Source of the DNA: Macrostomum lignano
Taxonomy: Eukaryota
DNA length: 64,000 nucleotides
Reading direction: 5' to 3'
NCBI GenBank assembly: GCA_002269645.1
Contig: NIVC01000641.1
Coordinates: 118,912 to 182,911, forward strand
In this document: positions 50,419 through 60,124 of the stretch, piece by piece
Layout of the letters: each line of letters begins with the position of its first letter
Position numbering within the stretch: position 1 is the first letter of the stretch
Translations under genes and position numbers: made by a program
The notes under the pieces: generated by a model
What the model saw: the letters and a program-made list of their open reading frames with translations, nothing else
Told to the model about the DNA's origin: nothing
Database searches by the model: none

Positions 50419-51728
50419 ATGACGGTCAGAAGCGGTGCAGGAAAATTCCTGAGGGAAAATCTGCTTCTCATTGCCACTCTGCTCGGCGTTGTGCTTGGAA
50501 TTGGGCTCGGCATTGGATTATACTTTGCTAAGCCTGGCGACACCTTGCTGCTGTGGATCGGTGAGGGATTCCAGGGGCTTAAGCACCAGGGGCTTTAGCA
50601 CCAGGGGCTTTAGCACCAGGGGCTTTAGCACCAGGGGCTTTAGCACCAGGGGCTTTAGCACCAGGGGCTTTAGCACCAGGGGCTTTAGCACCAGGGGCTT
50701 TAGCACCAGGGGCTTTAGCACCAGGGGCTTTAGCACCAGGGGCTTTAGCACCAGGGGCTTTAGCACCAGGGGCTTTAGCACCAGGGGCTTTAGCACCAGG
50801 GGCTTTAGCACCAGGGGCTTTAGCACCAGGGGCTTTAGCACCAGGGGCTTTAGCACCAGGGGCTTTAGCACCAGGGGCTTTAGCACCAGGGGCTTTAGCA
50901 CCAGGGGCTTTAGCACCAGGGGCTTTAGCACCAGGGGCTTTAGCACCAGGGGCTTTAGCACCAGGGGCTTTAGCACCAGGGGCTTTAGCACCAGGAGCTT
51001 TAGCACCAGGGGCTTTAGCACCAGGGGCTTTAGCACCAGGGGCTTTAGCACCAGGGGCTTTAGCACCAGGGGCTTTAGCACCAGGGGCTTTAGCACCAGG
51101 GGCTTTAGCACCAGGGGCTTTAGCACCAGGGGCTTTAGCACCAGGTGGCCCATACCCCCCCTCACTATGCCCTTGGACTCCTGATCAGGTGATGAGGAGT
51201 CAAAAGCGATTAGGTTGAGTTAGATTGAGATACGGAGGTAAGATTAGATTTGATGCGACAAAATGAAATAGAGGTATATGGGACTGAATAAGAGAGGATG
51301 GGATGCAACAGCCCCAGAAATTTATCGATAATATGATAGAACAATCTACTTCTGAACTCAGGTTTCCCCGGCGAGCTGGTGCTCCGAGCCTTCAAGCTGC
51401 TCATCCTGCCCCTGGTGGTGTCCTGTGTGATCAACATCACCGCCAGTAGCAGCATCAAGGCCAACGGCACCATGGGCGGGCTCGCCATGCTGTACATTGT
51501 CACCACGAACTTGATCGGCGCTCTGCTTGGACTGCTGTTCGTTGTACTCATTCAGCCAGGTGAAAACTGGATGCACCAGATAGAGGTGAAAGCGGGGGGG
51601 GGATCAGGCTTGTCAAATACGGGCTAAAATTGCCAACCCCATTCAACCCCGTCGCACAAAGGCTCTTCGGATCAAGAAGGAGGCGGTAGCGGCGGCGGCG
51701 GCGGCGGCGAACCTCCCGTTAGCAGACT
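50419..51728 (+). CDS. SLC1A: SLC1A/EAAT glutamate-neutral amino acid transporter, 5' exons (50419-50560, 51362-51559, putative exon 3 from 51662)
   Basis: FLRENLLLIATLLGVVLGIGLG...WI|GFPGELVLRAFKLLILPLVVSCVI...LLFVVLIQP|G matches EAAT TM1-TM3, with phase-1 introns. Confidence 0.88.
50571..51146. repeat. Near-perfect 15-bp repeat (GGGGCTTTAGCACCA), ~38 copies
   Basis: SLC1A intron 1, starting just after the donor; one G>A variant near 50997. Confidence 0.97.
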
Positions 51729-52066
51729 AGTAGTATACGTTTTTTTGACACAAAGCCGATTTCCTTATGGCGAAATACATAGTAAGTACAGGCCCAAAAA
51801 AATGGCAGAGTCTGAAATTTGCCGTGCACGCAAACTAGCTTTTACGCAATGAATTAACCAATTAGCTGAATCACTTTTACGCAAACACCTGTCTATCCAC
51901 CTAAATTCTATCCGCAATGAATGCAGCTAATTACAAGCCCAACCAAAATTCAATTTGACACAAAGCTTATTTCGCGTATAACTTAACGCATTTAAATTCT
52001 TCTTTTCAAGCAGTATTGTATATTTCAACTAGATACAAACACAATTTGACGCACAAATTAGCGAGT

Positions 52067-52629
52067 TTACAAATATTGAGGCAGCACTCGTAAAACAAAA
52101 TTGCGTAATTTAGCATACAAGTATCGAAACGAACCAGTGCGAATTATATTCCGTTTAAAAACGCTTCGAATAAAACACTCTAGGTTTCCTCTGGTAGTCA
52201 ACTTATGAAAAATATAAAAAATTACCCAAAATCCACAACTTCCACTCTGTGGGTCTTGGATAGCAAAGCGACTATAACACCAATTTTTCGAATTTCCACA
52301 TTCTTTTCCTAGCCATTTTGCTATTCTTGGCAATGGTACTAGACCAAGAGAATCAAAATATTCACCAAGTCGTTTGCTACCGCGACCTGCTCGATGACCA
52401 TAAACCCAAACGCATACCCAATGTTTTCCGGGCAGGTTGGAGACGTCAGTATTAACGATAAAAAAAAGTCTTTACCGTCTAAAGGTAAGCGTCTAAGTCC
52501 ACCAACAAAGTTTTGAGGAAAAACACCAAGAAATACAACATTTAAAAAATGTGCGCACAATTTCGATACAACATTGCGAAGGAAGCGATCTGTTACACCA
52601 CGATCTAGGATAGAATCAATTACTTCCAT
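52067..52629 (-). CDS. PRO: Adenain-like cysteine protease, split by a 1-nt frameshift in a T8 run (52460-52467)
   Basis: FLGVFPQ in frame 0, then IVNTDVSNLPGKHWV...EYFDSLG...IQDPQSGSCGFW in the -1 frame: His-Asp-Cys triad plus oxyanion Gln. Confidence 0.88.
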
Positions 52630-53948
52630 ACTGTGCCAGGAACAATGTCGCGAAGTTCAGTCAGTTGCAGTTGCTTGTCAAATATACCTCCAAATATGAC
52701 GTTGTACACGGTACTAGTTGCAGCATTGAAGCGTAACTCTAGTTTTACATTTCCTTCCTTATACAGTTGCACTCCCCGTCCGACACCAGGTTCACTTCCA
52801 AGACTGAATGCAAAAATTGAGTAACCATTGGCGTAATCCAGCATATTAAATCCAATATCTCGTCCCTGTAGATAGATTCCAAGCTGTTGTAGCAAAAAAT
52901 TATACTCTGTCACACAATCATCTCCAAAGTTTGTCTGCAGCGGACGCGATGGTACCGAGTCTCCATTCACAAACACACCAATGCTGCTCACATTTGCATG
53001 CTCAAAGTTGAACGGATTTGTGTCCATGCTTCCATTGAATGCCTTGTTGCTTACGATTGCCATCAATAAAAGCCGTGGTACCCCACTAGGAAACAAATTT
53101 TCATGCGTATGGCTAGACGATCCTCGGGGTATAGTAAACGTACCAAGGCTTAGACTTCGGTGCGGATATAATGCATTGTGACTTTTAAGTCCATGAGCAT
53201 GTGCACTGATAACACTCGGCGAGGGTTGAACAAACCGCAATCGTAGTTCTGCACGCAAAAACTTGATCTCATAGTCTTTTAAAACCGCACCAGCTTCTAA
53301 TGTTGACCCGCTCAGGACAAATTTACTTTTTGCCGGTATGAGCTTGATCCGTAGTGGTGTCTTTGATAGTACATGTAGATACCGAGGCTGACGAAACAAA
53401 TCCAAGAATAACGGCCCCGATACAGTGCACCGCCTATTGTTAGCAATGAGCGCCTGCCTCTTTGTTCGTCCATCGTTTTCACTTGTTGCATTCATTTTAC
53501 CAGCTGTATCCTTGTAAAACCCCCACGGCAGTAAACCAGCCTTCTGAGCTGTATGTCCATATTCCAGTAATGTAAGAAGCATAGCCTTGTATGGATACAT
53601 AAAACTACCACCTTCAACTACAGTATCGCCAATAGTAAATTGAACGTCCTCAAACAATGTTCCAATAACCAAATTATTCAAACAAACAAAATTTTTCGTT
53701 GCATCTATAGGTTCACCTTCACTATCACTAACGCTGAAGCATACCGTGAGCACAGTTTCTTGTAGATCCAAATACAAATCGCCTGCAGGCACAACTTCAA
53801 ATTCGATAGGTGATCCTTTTGTAATACCATGTTGCGGTTGAATGTTAGTATATCGATTATCCAAAACACTAAACTGAACAGGACTTTGATCAAATAGCGA
53901 CAATTCACTTTTAAGAGCAGCAATATCAGGTCCAAGCAAATGGTTCAT
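52620..53948 (-). CDS. MCP: Double-jelly-roll major capsid protein
   Basis: MNHLL...KSELSLFDQSPVQFSV, LDLQETVL, TLFEDVQF, YPYKAMLLTLL, GPLFLDLFRQPRYL, NPFNFEH, GYSIFAFSL; typical Polinton capsid motifs, intact ORF. Confidence 0.92.
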   Translation of the reverse strand: MNHLLGPDIAALKSELSLFDQSPVQFSVLDNRYTNIQPQHGITKGSPIEFEVVPAGDLYLDLQETVLTVCFSVSDSEGEPIDATKNFVCLNNLVIGTLFEDVQFTIGDTVVEGGSFMYPYKAMLLTLLEYGHTAQKAGLLPWGFYKDTAGKMNATSENDGRTKRQALIANNRRCTVSGPLFLDLFRQPRYLHVLSKTPLRIKLIPAKSKFVLSGSTLEAGAVLKDYEIKFLRAELRLRFVQPSPSVISAHAHGLKSHNALYPHRSLSLGTFTIPRGSSSHTHENLFPSGVPRLLLMAIVSNKAFNGSMDTNPFNFEHANVSSIGVFVNGDSVPSRPLQTNFGDDCVTEYNFLLQQLGIYLQGRDIGFNMLDYANGYSIFAFSLGSEPGVGRGVQLYKEGNVKLELRFNAATSTVYNVIFGGIFDKQLQLTELRDIVPGTVWK

Positions 53949-53949
53949 G

Positions 53950-54408
53950 CTACTTTTCAAACAGACTAAAAAGTTTCTTGCTTGCAGTAGCAGTTCGACG
54001 TTTTCCTATACCACCGGTCTTCTTGCGTTTTCTTTTGTTCACGCGTCCCTTTCCACACTGTCTTGTTCGTCGTTTCTTTTGCCGTTTCTTCTTTCCTAAG
54101 CTTATAGCCACTCCACTGGTTCTTTTCCTTCGCTTTGGTCTCGAAACTGCAGTTGTATTAAACATCTCTTCGCTCGATTCTGTGTCCAAGTGACGCTTCC
54201 GACCCATACCAATTTTTGCTGTCGCACTTTTCAAATACTCCAGACCACGATCCAAGAAATCTTTCTTTGCGTTGCGTAGTACAGGATACACCAATCTGTC
54301 CGCCAAATTTGACAAAAAACCGTAACCTTCGTAAACAGGAATGCCATATCCACCTCCACCTTCAGCAGATCTATTCGGACCAGAATAAAAAGCAAAAATA
54401 GGATCCAT
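53950..54408 (-). CDS. pVI/core-like virion protein (amphipathic N-part, very basic C-part)
   Basis: MDPIFAFYSG...VYEGYG|FLSNLADRLVYPVLRNAKK then a K/R-rich tail; syntenic upstream of MCP as in Polintons. Confidence 0.65.
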   Translation of the reverse strand: MDPIFAFYSGPNRSAEGGGGYGIPVYEGYGFLSNLADRLVYPVLRNAKKDFLDRGLEYLKSATAKIGMGRKRHLDTESSEEMFNTTAVSRPKRRKRTSGVAISLGKKKRQKKRRTRQCGKGRVNKRKRKKTGGIGKRRTATASKKLFSLFEK

Positions 54409-54449
54409 TTCAACAGTCTTCTCTTCGTCATGCAATCCCAATTCATGTG

Positions 54450-55610
54450 TTACTTATACACTTTAGAAAATAGTTTAGCAGTCTTTGCGTCAAGATCATT
54501 TTCGTTTAACCACTGACTTCTTGAGATTGGCATACCTTTCCATTTTACTAGATACAGACGACTTCCATTTTTCGCTCGATCAGTTTCAATAACTTTTTCA
54601 ATTTCATTAGGTGTTTCATCTGTCTCGTTTACCAACATTAGTTCCGCTTGGTTAAACCTTCCTTTCAGCACTTCAAATCCATCTTCAGGGTCCACTAATT
54701 CGTACATTGGCGGGTCTGTCAAGTGTACACGATGAATGCGATATTTTGAATTACTCCAAGTCGTAGTGTATCCTTTTTCAAATGTTCCTCGACGTCGTGT
54801 AATTCTAACCCAATCACCAACTTTAAATTTATTCTCATTCTTTTTAGTGTACGACTTCGCAAACATTTTGTCCCACAAAATTCCTTGTAAATGCGGGTCT
54901 GTCTCTACCCGTTTTGGTGTTTCTCCACTCAAGGATCGATGAGGACTAGAGTTGAAATTATCTTCCAATTGCGGTAAAATGTCAAACCATCGAGGTAAAT
55001 TTTTTGCTCGAAAGTATCGTAATAGACGTTCCTTTAACGAGCGGATAAATCGTTCAGCCATGCTTGCCTTGTAATTGCTTTGGCTAACAAAAAATCGAAC
55101 TCCTTCCTGTTTCAGCATTTGACGTGTAGCTCTTCCGAGAAACTCCATACCAGCATCACCTTGTAAATAAACAGGCTTAAAACCACTTCGAAAAATCTCT
55201 AGTAATACTTGACTAACTTCTGAAGGCTTCTTTGTACGCAATGGTCTTAGTCGTACAACTCTAGTAAAACAGTCGATAAGAACAAGTATGTAACGATAAC
55301 CTCGATTTTCCGTCTTGTATTGAGGTAAATCTGCCAAATCGATTTGAAACTGAAACTTTGCAACTGGTGGCACACTAATTTTTGGAGTTGGAAATTTTCG
55401 TCGTGTTTTTCGAAATAAATGATGCTCATTTGTTGATCGCACCCAATTATCAACTTCGCGCTTTGCAACTTTGTTCGTAATCTGTGGAAACTTTTTACGT
55501 ACTTCACGAACAAGTATAGTCTTGTTACCACTAAATGAAGTAGGCCTGTTCAAGTTAAAAAAAGCATCCGTCAAAAATTCTTCAATTTCCTTACGCACTC
55601 GCTTCATCAT
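54450..55610 (-). CDS. INT: Retroviral-like (c-)integrase with C-terminal SH3-like and chromodomain
   Basis: QIDLAD, VLIDCFTR, LQGDAGMEF, ASMAERFIRSLK (D,D,E); FKVGDWVRI...FEKGY; IEKVI...YLVKWKG...SQW chromodomain. Confidence 0.95.
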   Translation of the reverse strand: MMKRVRKEIEEFLTDAFFNLNRPTSFSGNKTILVREVRKKFPQITNKVAKREVDNWVRSTNEHHLFRKTRRKFPTPKISVPPVAKFQFQIDLADLPQYKTENRGYRYILVLIDCFTRVVRLRPLRTKKPSEVSQVLLEIFRSGFKPVYLQGDAGMEFLGRATRQMLKQEGVRFFVSQSNYKASMAERFIRSLKERLLRYFRAKNLPRWFDILPQLEDNFNSSPHRSLSGETPKRVETDPHLQGILWDKMFAKSYTKKNENKFKVGDWVRITRRRGTFEKGYTTTWSNSKYRIHRVHLTDPPMYELVDPEDGFEVLKGRFNQAELMLVNETDETPNEIEKVIETDRAKNGSRLYLVKWKGMPISRSQWLNENDLDAKTAKLFSKVYK

Positions 55611-55779
55611 CAGTTAGATTGATGCTAGTCGTTTGACAGTTGCAACAAAAGAACGAAGCCTCGATCGAATCTCCGTCAGTATCCTCGTTGTGCTCCTTTC
55701 CCAGAAACGGCACACATTCAGATTTTATGCAAAAAAACTCACAGAGACGAATCAAAAGTTTTTGGAAGATAGATGACAT
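55591..55779 (-). CDS. Small Cys-rich hypothetical protein (62 aa)
   Basis: ATG 57 nt downstream of a TATAAGC motif; CEFFC...C...CCNC; fills the gap between ORFs. Confidence 0.4.
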   Translation of the reverse strand: MSSIFQKLLIRLCEFFCIKSECVPFLGKEHNEDTDGDSIEASFFCCNCQTTSINLTDDEASA

Positions 55780-55891
55780 GGTTTGTCTTATTAAACTATA
55801 TATTTTTCATAAACAAAAAATTAACCTTTTTAAAAAGCTTATAGTGCTCGAATCAATTTTGTTAAAACGTAATCTGTAATTTTAAAACAAC

Positions 55892-56581
55892 TTAATTCAG
55901 TGTTTGATAATTTTCAAACAGACTAAGATCCTCCTTTGCAACAGTTTTTGGAGCAGACATTAGCTCGTTTCGTACATGACGCCCGATTTGGTTTGCTGCG
56001 ATTCCACGTTTTCGAAGAAAGTCTAAAAATGTTTTTAGTCCACTAGGCGGTTGAGTCTCGTGTCGCTTAAGCGGTCTGTCTCGAACAACATATTCCATGA
56101 GATCTTGTATCTCGGCATCAGTCAAATTAGCCAGCATTGGTTCTGCATTCTTGTCCATGTCCGAAAATAGGTTTTGAGCGAGAGCTTCGAAACGTGGTAA
56201 AAAAACTTTAGGAATTTCCCTTGATTCGCTGGCATATGAACTTCTTACAGTAGTCCCTTTGCGAACAAGTGACAGATTGTCCTCGTCTCCAGTGCGATAG
56301 ACTTTGCGCAATTTTAAAAGTTTGTCTTCCAATCTGCTTCGTTTCAATTGAGCTGTGTAATTTGGCTCCTTTTCCATTTCCTTGTCCAAGTTATCCATTT
56401 GGTCTCTCATTTCCACCATATTTTTTGCCAGAGCATCTTGCGGTGCGTCTAAAACTTCAGTTTTTCGAGGTGTCTCAGCAGTTGGTGACGATCCTTGCTC
56501 TGCACCTTGACATGCAGATTGATACACAGATTCAGGTACTAGATACATTCGTTGAAAACTACTACTCTCGTTAGTTCGCAT
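55892..56581 (-). CDS. Hypothetical Polinton protein (229 aa)
   Basis: Intact ORF with N-terminal RMYLVP motif, of the (R/K)MxLVP type seen in Polinton proteins; co-oriented in the cassette. Confidence 0.7.
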   Translation of the reverse strand: MRTNESSSFQRMYLVPESVYQSACQGAEQGSSPTAETPRKTEVLDAPQDALAKNMVEMRDQMDNLDKEMEKEPNYTAQLKRSRLEDKLLKLRKVYRTGDEDNLSLVRKGTTVRSSYASESREIPKVFLPRFEALAQNLFSDMDKNAEPMLANLTDAEIQDLMEYVVRDRPLKRHETQPPSGLKTFLDFLRKRGIAANQIGRHVRNELMSAPKTVAKEDLSLFENYQTLN

Positions 56582-56591
56582 TATATTCCTA

Positions 56592-57020
56592 CTACTTTCG
56601 TTGAATTGATCGTATTAAATTCGCTGCTCCCGCGGCGGTACCAACTACTCCAGACGTTATCCCAAGCGCAGTGCTTATAGCAGGTAGAGCGGCAATAATT
56701 GGAGCCAAAAAAGGTAAAAATCCTCCGTGTTGGACAAGTATTTTCCTTTTTGCAGTAATTGGAGTCTTCTGTTCCAAAAGCTGGCGTATATATCTGCGAT
56801 GCTTCTCAAGTCGTCTTTTGTTACAGTTACTAATTTTAATACGTCCACTAATAATATTAAACAGAAAGTCTACTAGACATCGTATCTCCGACTCTGAAAG
56901 TGTTTGTAAAAAACTTTTTCTCTGCTTTGGATGCTTTAGCCGATAAACAATTTGTAGTAAAAAAGCACACTGACACAATGAGCGAGCATTTTGTTTTCCT
57001 TTTTCTGTTAGTTCGCTCAT
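56592..57020 (-). CDS. pX/Mu-like core protein
   Basis: Basic helical domain followed by QHGG|FLPFLAPIIAAL, closely resembling adenovirus pX (RGG|FLPALIPIIAAA). Confidence 0.75.
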   Translation of the reverse strand: MSELTEKGKQNARSLCQCAFLLQIVYRLKHPKQRKSFLQTLSESEIRCLVDFLFNIISGRIKISNCNKRRLEKHRRYIRQLLEQKTPITAKRKILVQHGGFLPFLAPIIAALPAISTALGITSGVVGTAAGAANLIRSIQRK

Positions 57021-57076
57021 TCTTACAAAACAAATTCACAAAATTTTCTATTACACAATTAATCTTTGCTTATAAA

Positions 57077-58066
57077 TTAGTCCGACCTATGTTTAAAATG
57101 CAGTACGACAACAACGTGTGCTCCCGGATGAAAATTAAACGGTTTTCCGCGCTGGTCCGATAGTCGAATCGAAATCTCGTGAATTTGTTGTCGATTTGTT
57201 TTCAAGTAGTAGGGTGTTTGCAATGCACTGCTATCGCGTATAAGTTCTCCGTTTTTCTTTTGTTGGAGTTCCACAACTCGAAGCAACGGTACTGATGTAC
57301 TTCCCACTGCTTGATACTCGATTATATCTGTGTAACAGTACATGTAAACCGTTTTACTAGGCATCGGAGAAGGTAGCACAGCATCCAAGTAGGTTTTGTT
57401 AATGCGCCAAACACGATTTCTCAACCAATATTGGTGTACTTTGATGTACACTTCTCCTTCCGTTTTTCGAAGATAGTCTCCATGCGAAACAAGTCGTATA
57501 GCTTCACCAGGCGATAGAACACAATAAAAAACATAATAGTTCTCAGGTACTAGCGCTAGAGTATTGTCGAGACTTTTTATCAAATCCAAGTATGAACCAT
57601 CCGGTGGTTGTACACTACCAGCGGCAGGTTTTGATAATTTTTCCGAGACAAGTCCAGAAAGTTTCTTCCAAGAGTCAAATTTGAAAGCGTCCATAAATGT
57701 AACTGGTAGTTCTAATCCAATAGTTTTTTCGCCTGAATTTCGTAAAAGCCAGGCAAATTTTTCATCTGTACCAGACGGTTGCCAGGAAACGTAAGCATCC
57801 AAGTCTGCCTCTGCCCAAACACGACCCCAATAGTTTTTCTTTAATCGTATTATTGAGTCAATGTCCGCAAAATATGGAACTTCAAATCGACGCTCACGAT
57901 GAGCATTTGGCGTCGTAATTGCTCCATGGCACAGTAATTCAACTAGTGCAACCTCGAAGAATCCGTTCAATAAATTTATTGGTTCAGTTAGTCGCACTCG
58001 AAATTCATTAGGCGAGTTGGTTTCGTAACTGATATCGTTTGACGGCAAAAAAACGTAAAAACTCAT
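57077..58066 (-). CDS. mCP: Minor capsid protein (penton)
   Basis: SFYVFLPSN...NEFRVRLTEPINL...FEVALVEL; YCYTDIIEYQAVG...PLLRVV; ISIRLSDQRGKPFNF...VVLHFK. Confidence 0.9.
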   Translation of the reverse strand: MSFYVFLPSNDISYETNSPNEFRVRLTEPINLLNGFFEVALVELLCHGAITTPNAHRERRFEVPYFADIDSIIRLKKNYWGRVWAEADLDAYVSWQPSGTDEKFAWLLRNSGEKTIGLELPVTFMDAFKFDSWKKLSGLVSEKLSKPAAGSVQPPDGSYLDLIKSLDNTLALVPENYYVFYCVLSPGEAIRLVSHGDYLRKTEGEVYIKVHQYWLRNRVWRINKTYLDAVLPSPMPSKTVYMYCYTDIIEYQAVGSTSVPLLRVVELQQKKNGELIRDSSALQTPYYLKTNRQQIHEISIRLSDQRGKPFNFHPGAHVVVVLHFKHRSD

Positions 58067-58123
58067 TTTGAAATAAAACACAAACTAATATTGACAACAG
58101 TTTATAATTTGCTTATAATAATA

Positions 58124-58813
58124 TTACACAAACTTTGCATCACATTCACGAGTATAGACAACTTGTTCATCACCAGAAAATATTCCTGTTCTCAATCGTA
58201 AAAAATCTGGTGTCACTTGCCGCAGGTCAATGAATAAATATGAAAAAGGTTTGTTATTTGTTGCGTCTTCATACACATTCACTAGAAACCTACTATTACG
58301 CGGATACATTTGTCGACCGAGATGTTCAACTGTGGTTCGATCGCGCACACTACGAGTTAGACAAATATAACTAGCTGATAAACTTCGCATGCGTGCTTCT
58401 GGATCAGACTTGTTAAAAAGACCTTGACAAAGGTACAGACAAGTCAAAGGGATATGATGCGCATGCTTTGTAAACATACTAGTAAATTCTGGCAACTTAG
58501 CAATCTCGCTTTGCAAGTCGTCAACAACAACCAAATCGTGTGGTAAAAAACGATTAATCATCTGTGGTGTGAATTCGGGTACAAAAACAATAGGGTCAAG
58601 ACCGCTTTTTTGCCAGCATGTTCTAATTCGTTGTTGATCGTCTGGTTTCAAACTTGATCCATGGCACCAAACAAGACGGCACGGTTTTTTATCAAATAAT
58701 TCTTTTCGTTCAGTCAACAAACGCAACGTCCATTCAGTTTTACCCGAGTTTGAAGGTCCAGCAATAATAAATGTAGAATCGTGAGCTAGTTGCATATTGT
58801 ATGGCTGCTGCAT
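58124..58813 (-). CDS. A32/FtsK-like genome-packaging ATPase
   Basis: Walker A GPSNSGKT, Walker B LVVVDD, FTKHAHH, CQGLF, PFSYLFIDL. Confidence 0.93.
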   Translation of the reverse strand: MQQPYNMQLAHDSTFIIAGPSNSGKTEWTLRLLTERKELFDKKPCRLVWCHGSSLKPDDQQRIRTCWQKSGLDPIVFVPEFTPQMINRFLPHDLVVVDDLQSEIAKLPEFTSMFTKHAHHIPLTCLYLCQGLFNKSDPEARMRSLSASYICLTRSVRDRTTVEHLGRQMYPRNSRFLVNVYEDATNNKPFSYLFIDLRQVTPDFLRLRTGIFSGDEQVVYTRECDAKFV

Positions 58814-58815
58814 TT

Positions 58816-59259
58816 TCAAGCACCAAAGCGTTGCTTAACTTGCATAACCTTGGTAACCAACTTCGCAGCTAGTTTTTCTTTCCAACCAGTAGACGGATCG
58901 TGGGCAATCTCTCGTGCACCAGATTCTAATAGCTTATCAGCTTTTAACCTCTCTTGCACGTCAGAATTTTTATCATAGGCCACGTCGTGAAGCATGCACA
59001 AATTGTCAAGCCGATTAATTCCTCGTTGTCCTTTTGCTAGCCTAGCTTGCAGTTGCGTACCTGGACCACAAAACTGATATCCGCCGGGTAAATGTGCTTC
59101 AAATGGTAAATGATTAATTAACCAATTTACGACACCATAACCTTGTTGCTTTTTATTAATCTTTCTAATAGATTTCTTCTTTTTACGAATGCTCTTCTTT
59201 TTCTTTTTAAAACCTCGATCTTTCGCTGGAGACATTTTTACAACATATATTTTAGGCAT
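58816..59259 (-). CDS. Parvovirus-VP1u-like phospholipase A2 domain protein
   Basis: YQFCGPGT Ca-loop and DNLCMLHDVAYD catalytic helix (HD...Y); basic N-terminus. Confidence 0.85.
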   Translation of the reverse strand: MPKIYVVKMSPAKDRGFKKKKKSIRKKKKSIRKINKKQQGYGVVNWLINHLPFEAHLPGGYQFCGPGTQLQARLAKGQRGINRLDNLCMLHDVAYDKNSDVQERLKADKLLESGAREIAHDPSTGWKEKLAAKLVTKVMQVKQRFGA

Positions 59260-59350
59260 AAATTTTTAAAATTGCTTATAGTATTTACAAAGCTCTCGCA
59301 TAGTGCACCAATCACCAAAGAAAAAAATCAGTTTATTATTATTATTATAC

Positions 59351-59833
59351 TTATTGGCCAGTGCTGCCAAAGCCGCCAAAGCCGCGCCGCTTGGTCGGCG
59401 GCTCAATCATCCGAATCGAATTGTCTGCTTCAGTCACATAGACTGAAGCAAGCACGGCCTGCTCCAGAACCAGTTGTGCAATACTGAGCCCGGCATAGTA
59501 CTCAAAGTCTTCCGGACTGTAATTAAACAAGACTATACAGATTTCACCAGTATAGTCGGGGTCGATTACGCCACCGCCAACAAATAAGCTGTGCAGAGCC
59601 ATGCTGGAACGTCCCGCTATCCTGCCATAGGTACCAGGCGGTAAGCGAATTTTGAGTCCGGTTCGCACACTCCGGGACTCGTAGGCCGGAATGGTACCAT
59701 CGACGCCAGCGCAAAGATCATACCCGATCGACCCGACAGTTTTTCGGGTCGGAATCGTTGCCGAATCGTATAGACGTTCAACTAAAAGCTTACGATCAGT
59801 TAGTTGTTGTTGCTGCTGCTGCTCGGGATTCAT
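59351..59833 (-). CDS. dut: dUTPase
   Basis: All five motifs: GSIGYDL, GRSSMA, GGVIDPDYTGEI, IAQL, RGFGGFGSTG. Confidence 0.95.
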   Translation of the reverse strand: MNPEQQQQQQLTDRKLLVERLYDSATIPTRKTVGSIGYDLCAGVDGTIPAYESRSVRTGLKIRLPPGTYGRIAGRSSMALHSLFVGGGVIDPDYTGEICIVLFNYSPEDFEYYAGLSIAQLVLEQAVLASVYVTEADNSIRMIEPPTKRRGFGGFGSTGQ

Positions 59834-60124
59834 GTCGATTCTTGTAGCTGAAAGTTTAAAAAAAGTTTTTTTTCTTGAAACATGAACGATAGCACTACAT
59901 TTACGTCTACTACAAACACAAGCTTAGTCTTGAGAATCTAACTATAAAAAATATACTTTTTCAAATAATTAAACACAAAAAAGTGCTAAAATTATAATTT
60001 AAACGAATGCCGGTATCATTTATTTATTGTAAATAATGATCAATGAAAAAATTAATGATGGGTTACAGTCTTCTATAGCATGCTATTACTTTGTACAACA
60101 AAAGAGATCAGAGCATATTGTTAA

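Larger units (their letters stand above)
52758..59280 (-). promoter_or_regulatory. Recurrent TATAAG(C) motif upstream of Polinton structural genes
   Basis: TATAAGC at 59280-59274, 58117-58111, 57074-57068, 56679-56673, 55843-55837, 54106-54100; TATAAG at 54458-54453 and 52763-52758. Confidence 0.65.
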
